Shown in pieces: positions 10,326-18,310 of a stretch of DNA of 28,750 bases. A program made the translations under genes and the position numbers. The notes under the pieces were generated by a model. The model saw only the letters and a list, made by a program, of their open reading frames with translations, ran no database searches and was not told the origin of the DNA. How positions within the stretch are numbered: position 1 is the first letter of the stretch; the number at the start of each line of letters is the position of its first letter. The DNA is from an uncultured Chloroflexota bacterium (GTDB taxonomy: Bacteria; Chloroflexota; Dehalococcoidia; UBA2247; RBG-13-53-26), in NCBI GenBank assembly GCA_937860285.1, contig CALMBS010000036.1, positions 1 to 28,750 on the forward strand, read 5' to 3'.

Positions 10326-12086
10326 ATGACCATGCTGTCCGAGAACGACGGGCTGCGCCCCGTGGTGGCCTACTTCTGTATGGAGGTGGGCCTTGATCCG
10401 GCCTTGCCGACCTATGCCGGGGGCCTGGGCATGCTCGCCGGGGACACCCTCTCCTCCGCCGCCGATCTCGGCATACCCATGGTAGGCGTCACCCTCCTCC
10501 ATCGCAAGGGCTATTTCCGCCAGCACCTGGACGAGAAGGGGGCCCAGGCCGAGACGGCCGCCACCTGGACGCCTGAAACCCTCCTGGAGGCCGTCCCCGA
10601 GCACGTATCGGTGACCATCGAAGGGCGACCGGTGCGCATCAGGGCCTGGCTCTACGGCCTGACGGGGATCTCGGGCCACACGGTGCCCGTCTACTTCCTG
10701 GACACGGCGCTCCCGGAGAACACGGCCTGGGACCGGACCCTGACCGATCACCTCTATGGCGGCGATTCCCACTACCGGCTTTGCCAGGAGGTCATCCTGG
10801 GGCTCGGGGGCGCGGCCATGCTGGCCGCCATCGGCTACCGGAACGTCCAGGTCTATCACATGAACGAAGGCCACTCGGCGCTGCTGACCTTGGCCGTGGC
10901 CATGGAGCTCTCGGAGGGCTCCAGCATAGGCGAGCTGTCCCAGGTGACGATGAACGCCGTCAGGCGGCGCTGCGTCTTCACCACTCACACCCCTGTCCCT
11001 GCCGGTCATGACCGCTTCCCCGCATCGCTGGTCTCGCAGGTCCTGGGTGAGGAGCTCACCTCCGCGCTGCAATCAGGGAGGTGCTTCCTGGATGGCATCC
11101 TGAACATGACCTACCTGGCCTTCTCCTTCTCGCACTACGTCAACGGTGTTTCCATGCACCACGAGGAGATCGCCCACAGCATGTTCCCCAACTACCCCAT
11201 CAACTCGATCACCAACGGGGTGCATGCCGTCAACTGGACGTCTCCCTCCTTCAAGGAGGTCTTCGACCGGCACATTCCGGAGTGGCGCTGGGACAACCTC
11301 TACCTGCGCTACGCCGTCAGCATCGACCTGGGAGACATCAGGGAGGCGCACGCTCACGCCAAGCAGGCGCTCATGAATGAGGTGAGGGAACGCACGGGGG
11401 AGGTCCTGGACCCGGAGGTGCTGACCATCGGCTTCGCCAGGCGGGCCACGGCCTACAAGAGGGCCGACCTGCTGTTCTCCGATCTCGATCGGCTGACCCG
11501 CATCGTCAGCCGCGCCGGCCCGCTCCAGGTGCTCTACGGGGGCAAGGCCCACCCCAACGACGATGGCGGGAAGCGGCTCATACAGAGCATTTTCGCGGCG
11601 GCCGCCGCGCTCCGGGACAAGGTGAAGATCGTCTATCTTGAGGAATACGACATGAGCCTGGCCAAGTACGTCTGCTCGGGCGTAGACCTGTGGCTCAACA
11701 CCCCCCAGAAGCCATTCGAGGCTTCCGGGACCAGCGGCATGAAGGCGGCGCTGAACGGTGTTCCCAGCCTCAGCGTTCTGGACGGCTGGTGGATCGAGGG
11801 CAACGTGGAGGGCGTGACCGGCTGGGCCATAGGCGACACCTGGGAGGCCGAGAGCGATCCGGCCAGGGAGACCTCCTCCCTGTACGACAAGCTGGAGCAG
11901 GTGATCGTGCCGATGTTCTACCAGAGGCCCGACGAGTACAGCCGCGTCATGCGCTGGGCCATCGCCATCAACGGTTCGTACTACAACGCGCAGCGCATGC
12001 TGCTCCAGTATCTCAACAACGCCTACGTGTCAACGAGTGGGGCGCTCTGGTCCCCGAAGTATCCCCACGAATACGACCACGGCTAG
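10326..12086 (+). CDS. glgP: Alpha-glucan (glycogen/maltodextrin) phosphorylase, short form
   Basis: YAGGLGMLAGD, HMNEGH, FTTHTPVPAGHD, FARRATAYKRA, PLP motif EASGTSGMKAALNG. Confidence 0.95.
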   Translation: MTMLSENDGLRPVVAYFCMEVGLDPALPTYAGGLGMLAGDTLSSAADLGIPMVGVTLLHRKGYFRQHLDEKGAQAETAATWTPETLLEAVPEHVSVTIEGRPVRIRAWLYGLTGISGHTVPVYFLDTALPENTAWDRTLTDHLYGGDSHYRLCQEVILGLGGAAMLAAIGYRNVQVYHMNEGHSALLTLAVAMELSEGSSIGELSQVTMNAVRRRCVFTTHTPVPAGHDRFPASLVSQVLGEELTSALQSGRCFLDGILNMTYLAFSFSHYVNGVSMHHEEIAHSMFPNYPINSITNGVHAVNWTSPSFKEVFDRHIPEWRWDNLYLRYAVSIDLGDIREAHAHAKQALMNEVRERTGEVLDPEVLTIGFARRATAYKRADLLFSDLDRLTRIVSRAGPLQVLYGGKAHPNDDGGKRLIQSIFAAAAALRDKVKIVYLEEYDMSLAKYVCSGVDLWLNTPQKPFEASGTSGMKAALNGVPSLSVLDGWWIEGNVEGVTGWAIGDTWEAESDPARETSSLYDKLEQVIVPMFYQRPDEYSRVMRWAIAINGSYYNAQRMLLQYLNNAYVSTSGALWSPKYPHEYDHG

Positions 12087-12595
12087 CCGCGGGCCGCGCC
12101 GGGTCCAGGCGGCAGGCCCGGGGCCCCGGCCCTCATCTCCTCCAGGGCCTGCTTCATGCGCTGCCAGTGGGTGCCCTGCCAGTAGACCCGCCCGCACGAC
12201 GGGCACTGCACGTACTGGGCCTGAGTCCTGAAGACGTAGGGGGGAACGAGGTCCTTCACCTCCTCCCGGCCCCGCGGCAGCAGCGGCCGGTTGCACTCCA
12301 GGCACCGGGTAAACTCCGTCCCCCGCCAGTCCAGGTTGAGCTCCTCCATGACGTGCCGCAGCTGCCTCTTCGGGTCATCGTCCCGGGTGAGGACGACCCG
12401 GAGACGGCCGCTCACCGCCACGCGGCGCCTGGCGATCTGGGTATCCCTGGTCACCAGCACGCGGCCCTCCCGAAGGGCCAGCTCCACCAGCTGGCCATCG
12501 TCTATGTCCCGGAAGAACAGGGTGTCGTAGCCCATCATCCGGAGCCACCGGGCCAGCTTGCCGGCATTGCAGTCGACAACGAAGCTGATCTCCAT
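12083..12595 (-). CDS. Mut7-C RNase (PIN-like) domain protein with C-terminal Zn ribbon
   Basis: FVVDCNAGKLARWLRMMGYDT, RVLVTRD, RCLECN...CPSCGRVYWQGTHW. Confidence 0.92.
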   Translation of the reverse strand: MEISFVVDCNAGKLARWLRMMGYDTLFFRDIDDGQLVELALREGRVLVTRDTQIARRRVAVSGRLRVVLTRDDDPKRQLRHVMEELNLDWRGTEFTRCLECNRPLLPRGREEVKDLVPPYVFRTQAQYVQCPSCGRVYWQGTHWQRMKQALEEMRAGAPGLPPGPGAARG

Positions 12596-12604
12596 CAGCC
12601 CCCC

Positions 12605-13372
12605 CTACACGTTGACCGTCATCCCTTCCCGTCCCAGGGTGATGCTGGCTTCCAGCTCCCGGGCGATGCCGGCCACCTCCGCGGCCACCTCCGCCTCGCG
12701 GGCCTGGTCGAGGTGGACCAGCACGACCCGCGGCAGGTACCCCTTCGCCTGGCGGAAGCCAGCCAGCTCCGCCGCCAGCTGAGGCGGAGAGAGGTGCCCC
12801 TTCTGCCGGGCCCGGTCCTGCATCTCTCCCACAAAGGTCATCTCGGTGATCAGCAGGTCAGGCGCTACGTGCTCCCAGCAGGGCGACAGCCCCCCCCCGG
12901 TGTCACCGGTAAAGAAGAGCCTCCGGCCGCCCGGAGAGGTGACCTGGAACCCCACGGCCGGCACACTGTGCGGCACCGGCACCGCCAGGACGGAGTAACC
13001 CGCTGCATCGAAGGGCCGGTACTCCTCGATCCGGTGGGACCTGAGGGAAGGACGTCCCGGGGGCCACTCGAGGAGGTTGGGGTACAGCTGGCCGTCAAGC
13101 AGGTGGGTGGAGAGGGTCTCGAAGAGCACGCCGGTGCCGTAGACCTCCAGGCAGCCCCGGTAGGCCAGGTTGAGGCCTATCATCGGCAGGTCCTTCACGT
13201 GATCATAGTGATGGTGCGTGACCAGGACCGCCTTGAGCCGGACCTGGTCCGGCAGCTCCAGGCCGGAGCACAGGCTGCCGGCGTCGATGGCCAGCAGGCC
13301 GTCGATCAGCAGCGATGTCGGCCTGGCTTCGCCGGTCTCCGTCTGGTGGGCGCCCAGAATGCGGACTTCCAT
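12605..13372 (-). CDS. Metallo-beta-lactamase-fold hydrolase resembling class II cyclic-nucleotide phosphodiesterases
   Basis: AIDAGSL, THHHYDH (HxHxDH), VPHSVPAVG, FTGDTG, GHLSP, VLVHL. Confidence 0.8.
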   Translation of the reverse strand: MEVRILGAHQTETGEARPTSLLIDGLLAIDAGSLCSGLELPDQVRLKAVLVTHHHYDHVKDLPMIGLNLAYRGCLEVYGTGVLFETLSTHLLDGQLYPNLLEWPPGRPSLRSHRIEEYRPFDAAGYSVLAVPVPHSVPAVGFQVTSPGGRRLFFTGDTGGGLSPCWEHVAPDLLITEMTFVGEMQDRARQKGHLSPPQLAAELAGFRQAKGYLPRVVLVHLDQAREAEVAAEVAGIARELEASITLGREGMTVNV

Positions 13373-13494
13373 CAACCGTATCCATAGCCAGACGCCCTCC
13401 CCGCCGGCCGGGCGTCCCCCTCAAGGGCCCTTATACCACAACCACCGGGGCCGGGCAAACGCCGGGCGATTCCGGCTGGGCTACCTGCGCAGGC

Positions 13495-13505
13495 TGTGCT
13501 AGAAT
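13495..13505 (+). promoter_or_regulatory. Extended -10 promoter for the DUF1616 gene
   Basis: TGTGcTAGAAT. Confidence 0.55.
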
Positions 13506-13541
13506 ACTTGCCGTGGAGTGGTTTGGCATGGGGCGCGCCCG

Positions 13542-14858
13542 GTGACCGGCATCAGGCTCAAGAACGAGCTGCTGCTCATCAACCTCTGCTCGGTGATTCT
13601 GATCGTGGTGGCCTGGCCGGTGCAGGTCTGGGCCCTCCGGCTGGTCCTGGGACTCCCGTTCCTTCTCTTCTTCCCCGGGTATACGGTCATGGCCACCCTC
13701 TTCCCGGGAAAGAGTGACGTAGGGGGGGCACAACGGGTGGCGCTGTCCGTCGCCTTTTCGATCATCATCTCCGCGGCCGTCGGGTTCGCCTTGAACTTCC
13801 TCTGGGAGATCGACCTCCATCCGGTCCTGGCCGGCATCGCCGTCTTCACCGCGATCATGTCGGCCCTGGCCTGGATCCGCAGAAGCAGGATCCCGCAAGA
13901 GGAGCGCCTGGAGATCGTGTTCAACTCGCCCTTCCGGGCGGGAGGGCGCTTCAGCGCCCTGGACAAGATGGTGTCCATGGTCCTGGTGGTGGCCTTCCTG
14001 GCCGCCATCGTCACGCTGGTCGCCGTGGTGGCCAACCCGAAGCAAGGCGAGAAATACAGCGGCCTCTACGTGCGCGGCGCCCAGAGCCGCCCTACCGAGG
14101 TGGCGGCCGGCCAGCCGGCCATCGTGACGCTGGGGGTCACCAATCACGAAGGGGAGACCATGACCTACCGTATCGAGGTGAGGGCCGGGAACCAGGTGCT
14201 GAAGACCACCGAATCCATCAGGCTCGCCCCGGACGGCGTCTGGGAGAACGAAGTCAGCTTCGTCCCGACGGAGGTGTGCGCCACCACCGCCCTGACCGAG
14301 ATCGTGAACGAGGCCACGGACAATACTTCCGCGACCGGGACGAGCAGCATCCAGGTGGCGTCGGTGGAGCACCTGGCGCCAGGCGACAGGATATGGGTCG
14401 GGCAGGAAGCGGCCGTGGTCAAAGCCGTCGCCGGCAGCAGGGTGAGCCTGGTTGAGCCCCTCATCCAGGGACACGAGGTCGGCACGGACGTCATAGAGGT
14501 CCTCCGGATCGAGTTCCGGCTGGTGAAGGTACGGCAGATCGGCGGCCAGGCCGGGACCTCCCTGGCACTCTGGGTAGGCAAGGACCGTCTTCAGGCCGAT
14601 GTGTCAAACCTGGACCAGAAGGAGGCTGCCTACCAGGTCTCACTCGAGGTCGGCGAGAGCTACCAGGAGGGGACGACCACCATCGCCTCGGCCGTCCAGA
14701 AGGTCTCTGCAGGCCAGTCCTGGAGCCAGCAGGTCGACTACGATTTCTCCGAGAAGCACGAGATTCAGTTCTCTCTTTTCCGGGATGGCAAGATCGCCTA
14801 CCAGAGAATGGAGCTGGGATGCTACCCCAGCCTGTTCCTGTGGGTCCACGTGGCATAG
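13542..14858 (+). CDS. DUF1616-family membrane protein with extended extracytoplasmic region (alternative GTG start 13518)
   Basis: LRLVLGLPFLLFFPGYTVMATLFP...QRVALSVAFS; several TM helices; GVTNHEGETMTY; C-terminal YPSLFLWVHV. Confidence 0.85.
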   Translation: MTGIRLKNELLLINLCSVILIVVAWPVQVWALRLVLGLPFLLFFPGYTVMATLFPGKSDVGGAQRVALSVAFSIIISAAVGFALNFLWEIDLHPVLAGIAVFTAIMSALAWIRRSRIPQEERLEIVFNSPFRAGGRFSALDKMVSMVLVVAFLAAIVTLVAVVANPKQGEKYSGLYVRGAQSRPTEVAAGQPAIVTLGVTNHEGETMTYRIEVRAGNQVLKTTESIRLAPDGVWENEVSFVPTEVCATTALTEIVNEATDNTSATGTSSIQVASVEHLAPGDRIWVGQEAAVVKAVAGSRVSLVEPLIQGHEVGTDVIEVLRIEFRLVKVRQIGGQAGTSLALWVGKDRLQADVSNLDQKEAAYQVSLEVGESYQEGTTTIASAVQKVSAGQSWSQQVDYDFSEKHEIQFSLFRDGKIAYQRMELGCYPSLFLWVHVA

Positions 14859-14880
14859 GAAGCGTCCAGGAGGCTCTATG

Positions 14881-15051
14881 ATGGATACGGCCGCCAACGT
14901 CATGCTCATCTTCGCCGGGGCGCTGATGATCGCCGAGGGCGTGGTCAAGTTCATCAAGCCGGACCTCAGGGTCCTCCGGATGGGCCTGCCCTGCGGCGGC
15001 GGCCTGGCCATCCTCGGTGTCGCACTGGTCCTGAAGGGGGCGGCAGGCTAG
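14881..15051 (+). CDS. Small two-TM hypothetical protein (56 aa)
   Basis: AGGAGG SD 7 nt before ATG; two hydrophobic stretches; GC3-biased codons. Confidence 0.7.
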   Translation: MDTAANVMLIFAGALMIAEGVVKFIKPDLRVLRMGLPCGGGLAILGVALVLKGAAG

Positions 15052-15054
15052 GGA

Positions 15055-15339
15055 ATGAGACCGCAGGACCGCAGACAGCGCATCCAGAGAAACCGGGCTA
15101 TCGCCGTTCAGGTCGCCATGATCCTGGCCGGGCTGGGCATCGGGACCTACTTCCTGGTGAAGGCGGTGAGCGGCGAGGCGGAGGCCAGAGGCTTCAACAT
15201 CCTGGCCACCTGCGGCTGCTACGGGGTGGCCGCTTTCTACTGCTGGCTCCAGGTGCGCCGCTGGAGGCGGGAGAAGCGGGCCAGGCAGGTCCTGGCGGAG
15301 AAGCAGCGGCGAAAGTCGGGCGGCGCAGGGCGGCGATAG
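15055..15339 (+). CDS. Small two-TM hypothetical protein with basic tail
   Basis: 94 aa; 3 nt after upstream stop; two hydrophobic helices. Confidence 0.7.
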   Translation: MRPQDRRQRIQRNRAIAVQVAMILAGLGIGTYFLVKAVSGEAEARGFNILATCGCYGVAAFYCWLQVRRWRREKRARQVLAEKQRRKSGGAGRR

Positions 15340-15370
15340 CGCCGCCGGGGCAATGTGCGGCCTTTCGGGT

Positions 15371-15386
15371 TGTGCTACAATAGCAC
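15371..15386 (+). promoter_or_regulatory. Extended -10 promoter overlapped by a palindrome
   Basis: TGTGcTACAAT 15371-15381; GTGCTA-caa-TAGCAC 15372-15386. Confidence 0.6.
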
Positions 15387-15436
15387 GAAGCTGGTCGGGC
15401 GACGCTGCCGCAGCCGGCGGCGATGGAGGCAAGACC

Positions 15437-15652
15437 ATCAAGCTGAAGTACCTTTGCCCGCGCTGCGAGTTCAACTGGAGGAGCTGCCGCCACCCCGGCA
15501 GGCCCAACGTCACCCATGACGAAGGGTGCCAGGACTTCTGGCCCAGGGGGAAGGAGAGGCCGCCTGACACCGGCAAGCTCAGTACCGCCTGGATCGAGGG
15601 CATCGACCTCTCCGGGCTCAAGAGGGGGAAGCGGCACAGGCACGAGCCGTAG
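15437..15652 (+). CDS. Small Cys-rich hypothetical protein; start uncertain (ATC after a good SD; ORF track starts at 15353)
   Basis: YLCPRCEFNWRSCRHPGRPNVTHDEGCQDF; GGAGG at 15425-15429. Confidence 0.55.
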   Translation: MKLKYLCPRCEFNWRSCRHPGRPNVTHDEGCQDFWPRGKERPPDTGKLSTAWIEGIDLSGLKRGKRHRHEP

Positions 15653-15656
15653 CGGC

Positions 15657-15896
15657 ATGACCAAGAGAGAGCTGCTGAGACGCCGGGCATTGCAGATGAT
15701 CCTGATTGCGGCCTGGCTGGCCCTGGGCACAATAATGGTCGTGCTTCAGCCCAACTGGTGGGTCTGGTTCGCCGCCGTGAGCTACATCATCGCCCTCGTC
15801 TACATCGCAGCCGAGGTGCTCACCTGGAGGCATGCCCTGCGCGCCCGCGGCAGGGCCGCTGAGAAGAAGGACCAGGCGCCGCCGGCCGCCGAGTAG
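15657..15896 (+). CDS. Small two-TM hypothetical protein (79 aa)
   Basis: MTKRELLRRRALQMILIAAWLALG...; 4 nt after upstream stop. Confidence 0.7.
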   Translation: MTKRELLRRRALQMILIAAWLALGTIMVVLQPNWWVWFAAVSYIIALVYIAAEVLTWRHALRARGRAAEKKDQAPPAAE

Positions 15897-15922
15897 CGAA
15901 GGCGCCCGCCGGGAGGGCAGGC

Positions 15923-16747
15923 ATGCCACGGGCCAGGGTAGGCGACATCAATATCTACTACGAGGCCAGCGGCCGCGGTGAGCCGCTGCTGCTGATCATG
16001 GGCCTGGGGGGCGGGTCAAGCCTCTGGTGGGCACAGGTCGAGTCCCTCTCGCCGGACTACCGGGTGATAGCCTACGACAGCCGCGGCGTGGGCCGCTCCG
16101 ACTGCCCCGACGTCCCGTACACCATGGAGATGATGACGGCCGATGCCGCCGGCCTGCTGGAGACGCTGGGGATCGACCGGGCCCACGTCTACGGCGTATC
16201 CATGGGCGGCATGATCGCGCAGGAGCTGGCCTTGCGCCATCCGGAGATGGTGAAGAGTCTGGTGCTGGGAGCCACCACCTGCGGCGGGCCGCAGGCCGTG
16301 CTGCCGCCCGCGGAGTCCCTGGAGGAGCTGTTCAGCATCATGTCCCTCCCGCCGGCGGAGATCGCCAGGGTGTCAGCCTCGGTGAGCTTCAGCGCCGGCT
16401 TTGTCAGCAGCCACCCGGCCAGCGTCAGGCAGTGGCTGAGGAAGGGCGCCGAGAGCCCTCCGTCCGCAGTGGGCTACCGAAGGCAGGCGGAGGCGGTGGC
16501 CCGCTTTCAGACCTACGACAGGCTGCCGCAGATCACGGCCCCCACACTGGTCCTGGCCGGGACCGGCGACCAGCTCATCCCGGCGGAGAACTCCCGCATC
16601 CTGGCCTCCCGGATACCGGGCGCGGAACTGGTCCTCTTCGAGGGCGCCGGCCACGGCTACCTGTGGGAGGCCGAGGAGGAAGCCAACCTGGCGGTCCGCG
16701 GCTTCCTCAGGCGGCACCCGGGGCGGGGCGGCAGGAGCCACGGATGA
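15923..16747 (+). CDS. Alpha/beta-fold hydrolase (PcaD/enol-lactonase-like)
   Basis: LIMGLGG, YDSRGVGRS, nucleophile GVSMGG, GTGDQLIP, GAGHG. Confidence 0.92.
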   Translation: MPRARVGDINIYYEASGRGEPLLLIMGLGGGSSLWWAQVESLSPDYRVIAYDSRGVGRSDCPDVPYTMEMMTADAAGLLETLGIDRAHVYGVSMGGMIAQELALRHPEMVKSLVLGATTCGGPQAVLPPAESLEELFSIMSLPPAEIARVSASVSFSAGFVSSHPASVRQWLRKGAESPPSAVGYRRQAEAVARFQTYDRLPQITAPTLVLAGTGDQLIPAENSRILASRIPGAELVLFEGAGHGYLWEAEEEANLAVRGFLRRHPGRGGRSHG

Positions 16748-17238
16748 CGTCCTCCGTCTCCCCGAAGGGGGGCAACACCCTGATCCACCAGGATGTTCCG
16801 CGCTGGAACGCAGCCAGTGTGCTGGCCCACCTGCCGCCGGCCATCCTGGGCCTGTGGCTCCTGGTGAGAGCAATCCTGTGGCTGGCATCCGGCCACATCG
16901 CCACTGGCGTGGTCTACACGGTCCTGGCATCAGCCTGCTGTCTGTCCGTGTACGCCTTCCTGGCGCCACGAAGATACCAGCTGCTCGACGACAGGCTCAG
17001 GATCGTGTACCTGCGTCCCTTCGCCATGAACCTGCCCTTCTCCAGGGTCGAAGGGGTCCGCCCTCACACCCTGTGGGGGCTGGAGTATCTGGTCTCATAC
17101 ATGAACTGTACCTCCAGCGAATGCATAGAGCTGCTGGGCCCCGCCAGCAGCACCTTCATCTCCCCTGCGGACCGGGACCTGTTCATGGAGAAGCTGAACG
17201 AGGCCCTGGAGAGAAACAGGTCCCGGCGCCATGCCTGA
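16744..17238 (+). CDS. Hypothetical two-TM protein with probable bacterial PH-like C-terminal domain
   Basis: ATGA overlap with hydrolase stop; RYQLLDDRLRI...LPFSRVEGV...FISPADRDLFMEKL. Confidence 0.7.
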   Translation: MTSSVSPKGGNTLIHQDVPRWNAASVLAHLPPAILGLWLLVRAILWLASGHIATGVVYTVLASACCLSVYAFLAPRRYQLLDDRLRIVYLRPFAMNLPFSRVEGVRPHTLWGLEYLVSYMNCTSSECIELLGPASSTFISPADRDLFMEKLNEALERNRSRRHA

Positions 17239-17593
17239 TGCGAAACGCTTCGCCACGGACATGGCCACCCTGGAGACAGAGGTGGTCATCGAGCCCTACC
17301 GGGCAGCGGGTCCGGGCGGGCAGAGAAAGAACCGGAAAGAGACGGCCGTCCGCCTGACACACCCGCCCTCCGGCATCACGGTGGTGGCCTCCGAGCGCCG
17401 CTCGCAGGCGCAGAACCGCCAGATGGCCTTCGAGCGCCTCATCGAGAAGCTCGATCGGCTCAACCGCCCCCGGAAGCGGCGCATCCTCACCAGGCCCTCC
17501 GTCTCCTCCATCCGGCGGCAGAAGGAGTCCAAGGAGAAGCTCTCGCAGAAGAAGCGCCTGCGCGGCCGGCCCGAGGCCTCCGACGACGCCTGA
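17231..17593 (+). CDS. arfB: RF-1-domain peptidyl-tRNA hydrolase, ArfB/YaeJ-like ribosome rescue factor
   Basis: RAAGPGGQ, TAVRLTHPPSGI, RSQAQNR, basic tail RRILTRPSVSSIRRQKESKEKLSQKKRLR. Confidence 0.75.
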   Translation: MPDAKRFATDMATLETEVVIEPYRAAGPGGQRKNRKETAVRLTHPPSGITVVASERRSQAQNRQMAFERLIEKLDRLNRPRKRRILTRPSVSSIRRQKESKEKLSQKKRLRGRPEASDDA

Positions 17594-17603
17594 CGGGGCC
17601 CGG

Positions 17604-18164
17604 TCAGGGTGCCGGCGACGCCGGGTGGTACCGTCGATATCGCTCCACTTCCTCCCGGATGAGCCGGATGCCCTCACCGGGACTCAGGCTGCCGTCGCGC
17701 ACCGAGTCCGCCACGGGCTGGACATTGGCCGCCAGGATCGGGCACCCGTTCTCCAGGGGAGGCACGCTCATCGACCTGGCGATGGTGCCGCTGGAGATCT
17801 GGTCGGCGGTGTAGCAGGCCATGAAGACATCCCGGAGAGCGATCACCAGGGCCTTGTCCACCTGGTCGAAACGATGACAGAAGTGGAACCGGCACAGCAG
17901 GGGCCGGTTGTCGTAGATCGGGCACTGCTGGAAGAGCGGAGAGTACACCTCGCAGCCTATCTCGCGGCAGCACTCGCCGCCGCAGGACGCGCACAGCCCG
18001 CTCTCCCGGCTGAAGCTGTCAAAGGCGGCCATGGCCGCGACCGTTTCCGGGCCGAAGAGCTCCCCGACCTCCGCGTCGGTGAGAAGCGCCACCTGGGCAA
18101 AGCGCCCCACCCTGTCCAGAAAGGTGGCTATCGCCCTGGTCTCATCGAGCTCGATTCCGGCCAT
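17604..18164 (-). CDS. Cys-cluster hypothetical protein, YkgJ-like
   Basis: CASCGGECC..IGC...CPIYDNRPLLCRFHFC; SD GAGAGG; extended -10 TGgTATCAT at 18182-18190. Confidence 0.7.
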   Translation of the reverse strand: MAGIELDETRAIATFLDRVGRFAQVALLTDAEVGELFGPETVAAMAAFDSFSRESGLCASCGGECCREIGCEVYSPLFQQCPIYDNRPLLCRFHFCHRFDQVDKALVIALRDVFMACYTADQISSGTIARSMSVPPLENGCPILAANVQPVADSVRDGSLSPGEGIRLIREEVERYRRYHPASPAP

Positions 18165-18214
18165 TCGCACTCGCCTCTCATATGATACCACTCCGGGATG
18201 AAGGCCCGCCTTTG

Positions 18215-18244
18215 TGGACAAGGGCTTGCCACCGCTGGTATTAT
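18215..18244 (+). promoter_or_regulatory. sigma70-type promoter for the radical SAM cluster
   Basis: TGGACA-18 nt-TATTAT with TG extension. Confidence 0.5.
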
Positions 18245-18310
18245 GTTATCCGATGCGTCTTACGTTCCCCTGTGTCGCGCAGCGGGCTAGCCCCTCAACG
18301 AAGGAGTAGA

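Noticed and set aside
9566-12086. mobA next to glgP as a possible functional unit
   Set aside because: No biochemical link, and a 148-nt gap with stems between them; likely incidental adjacency.
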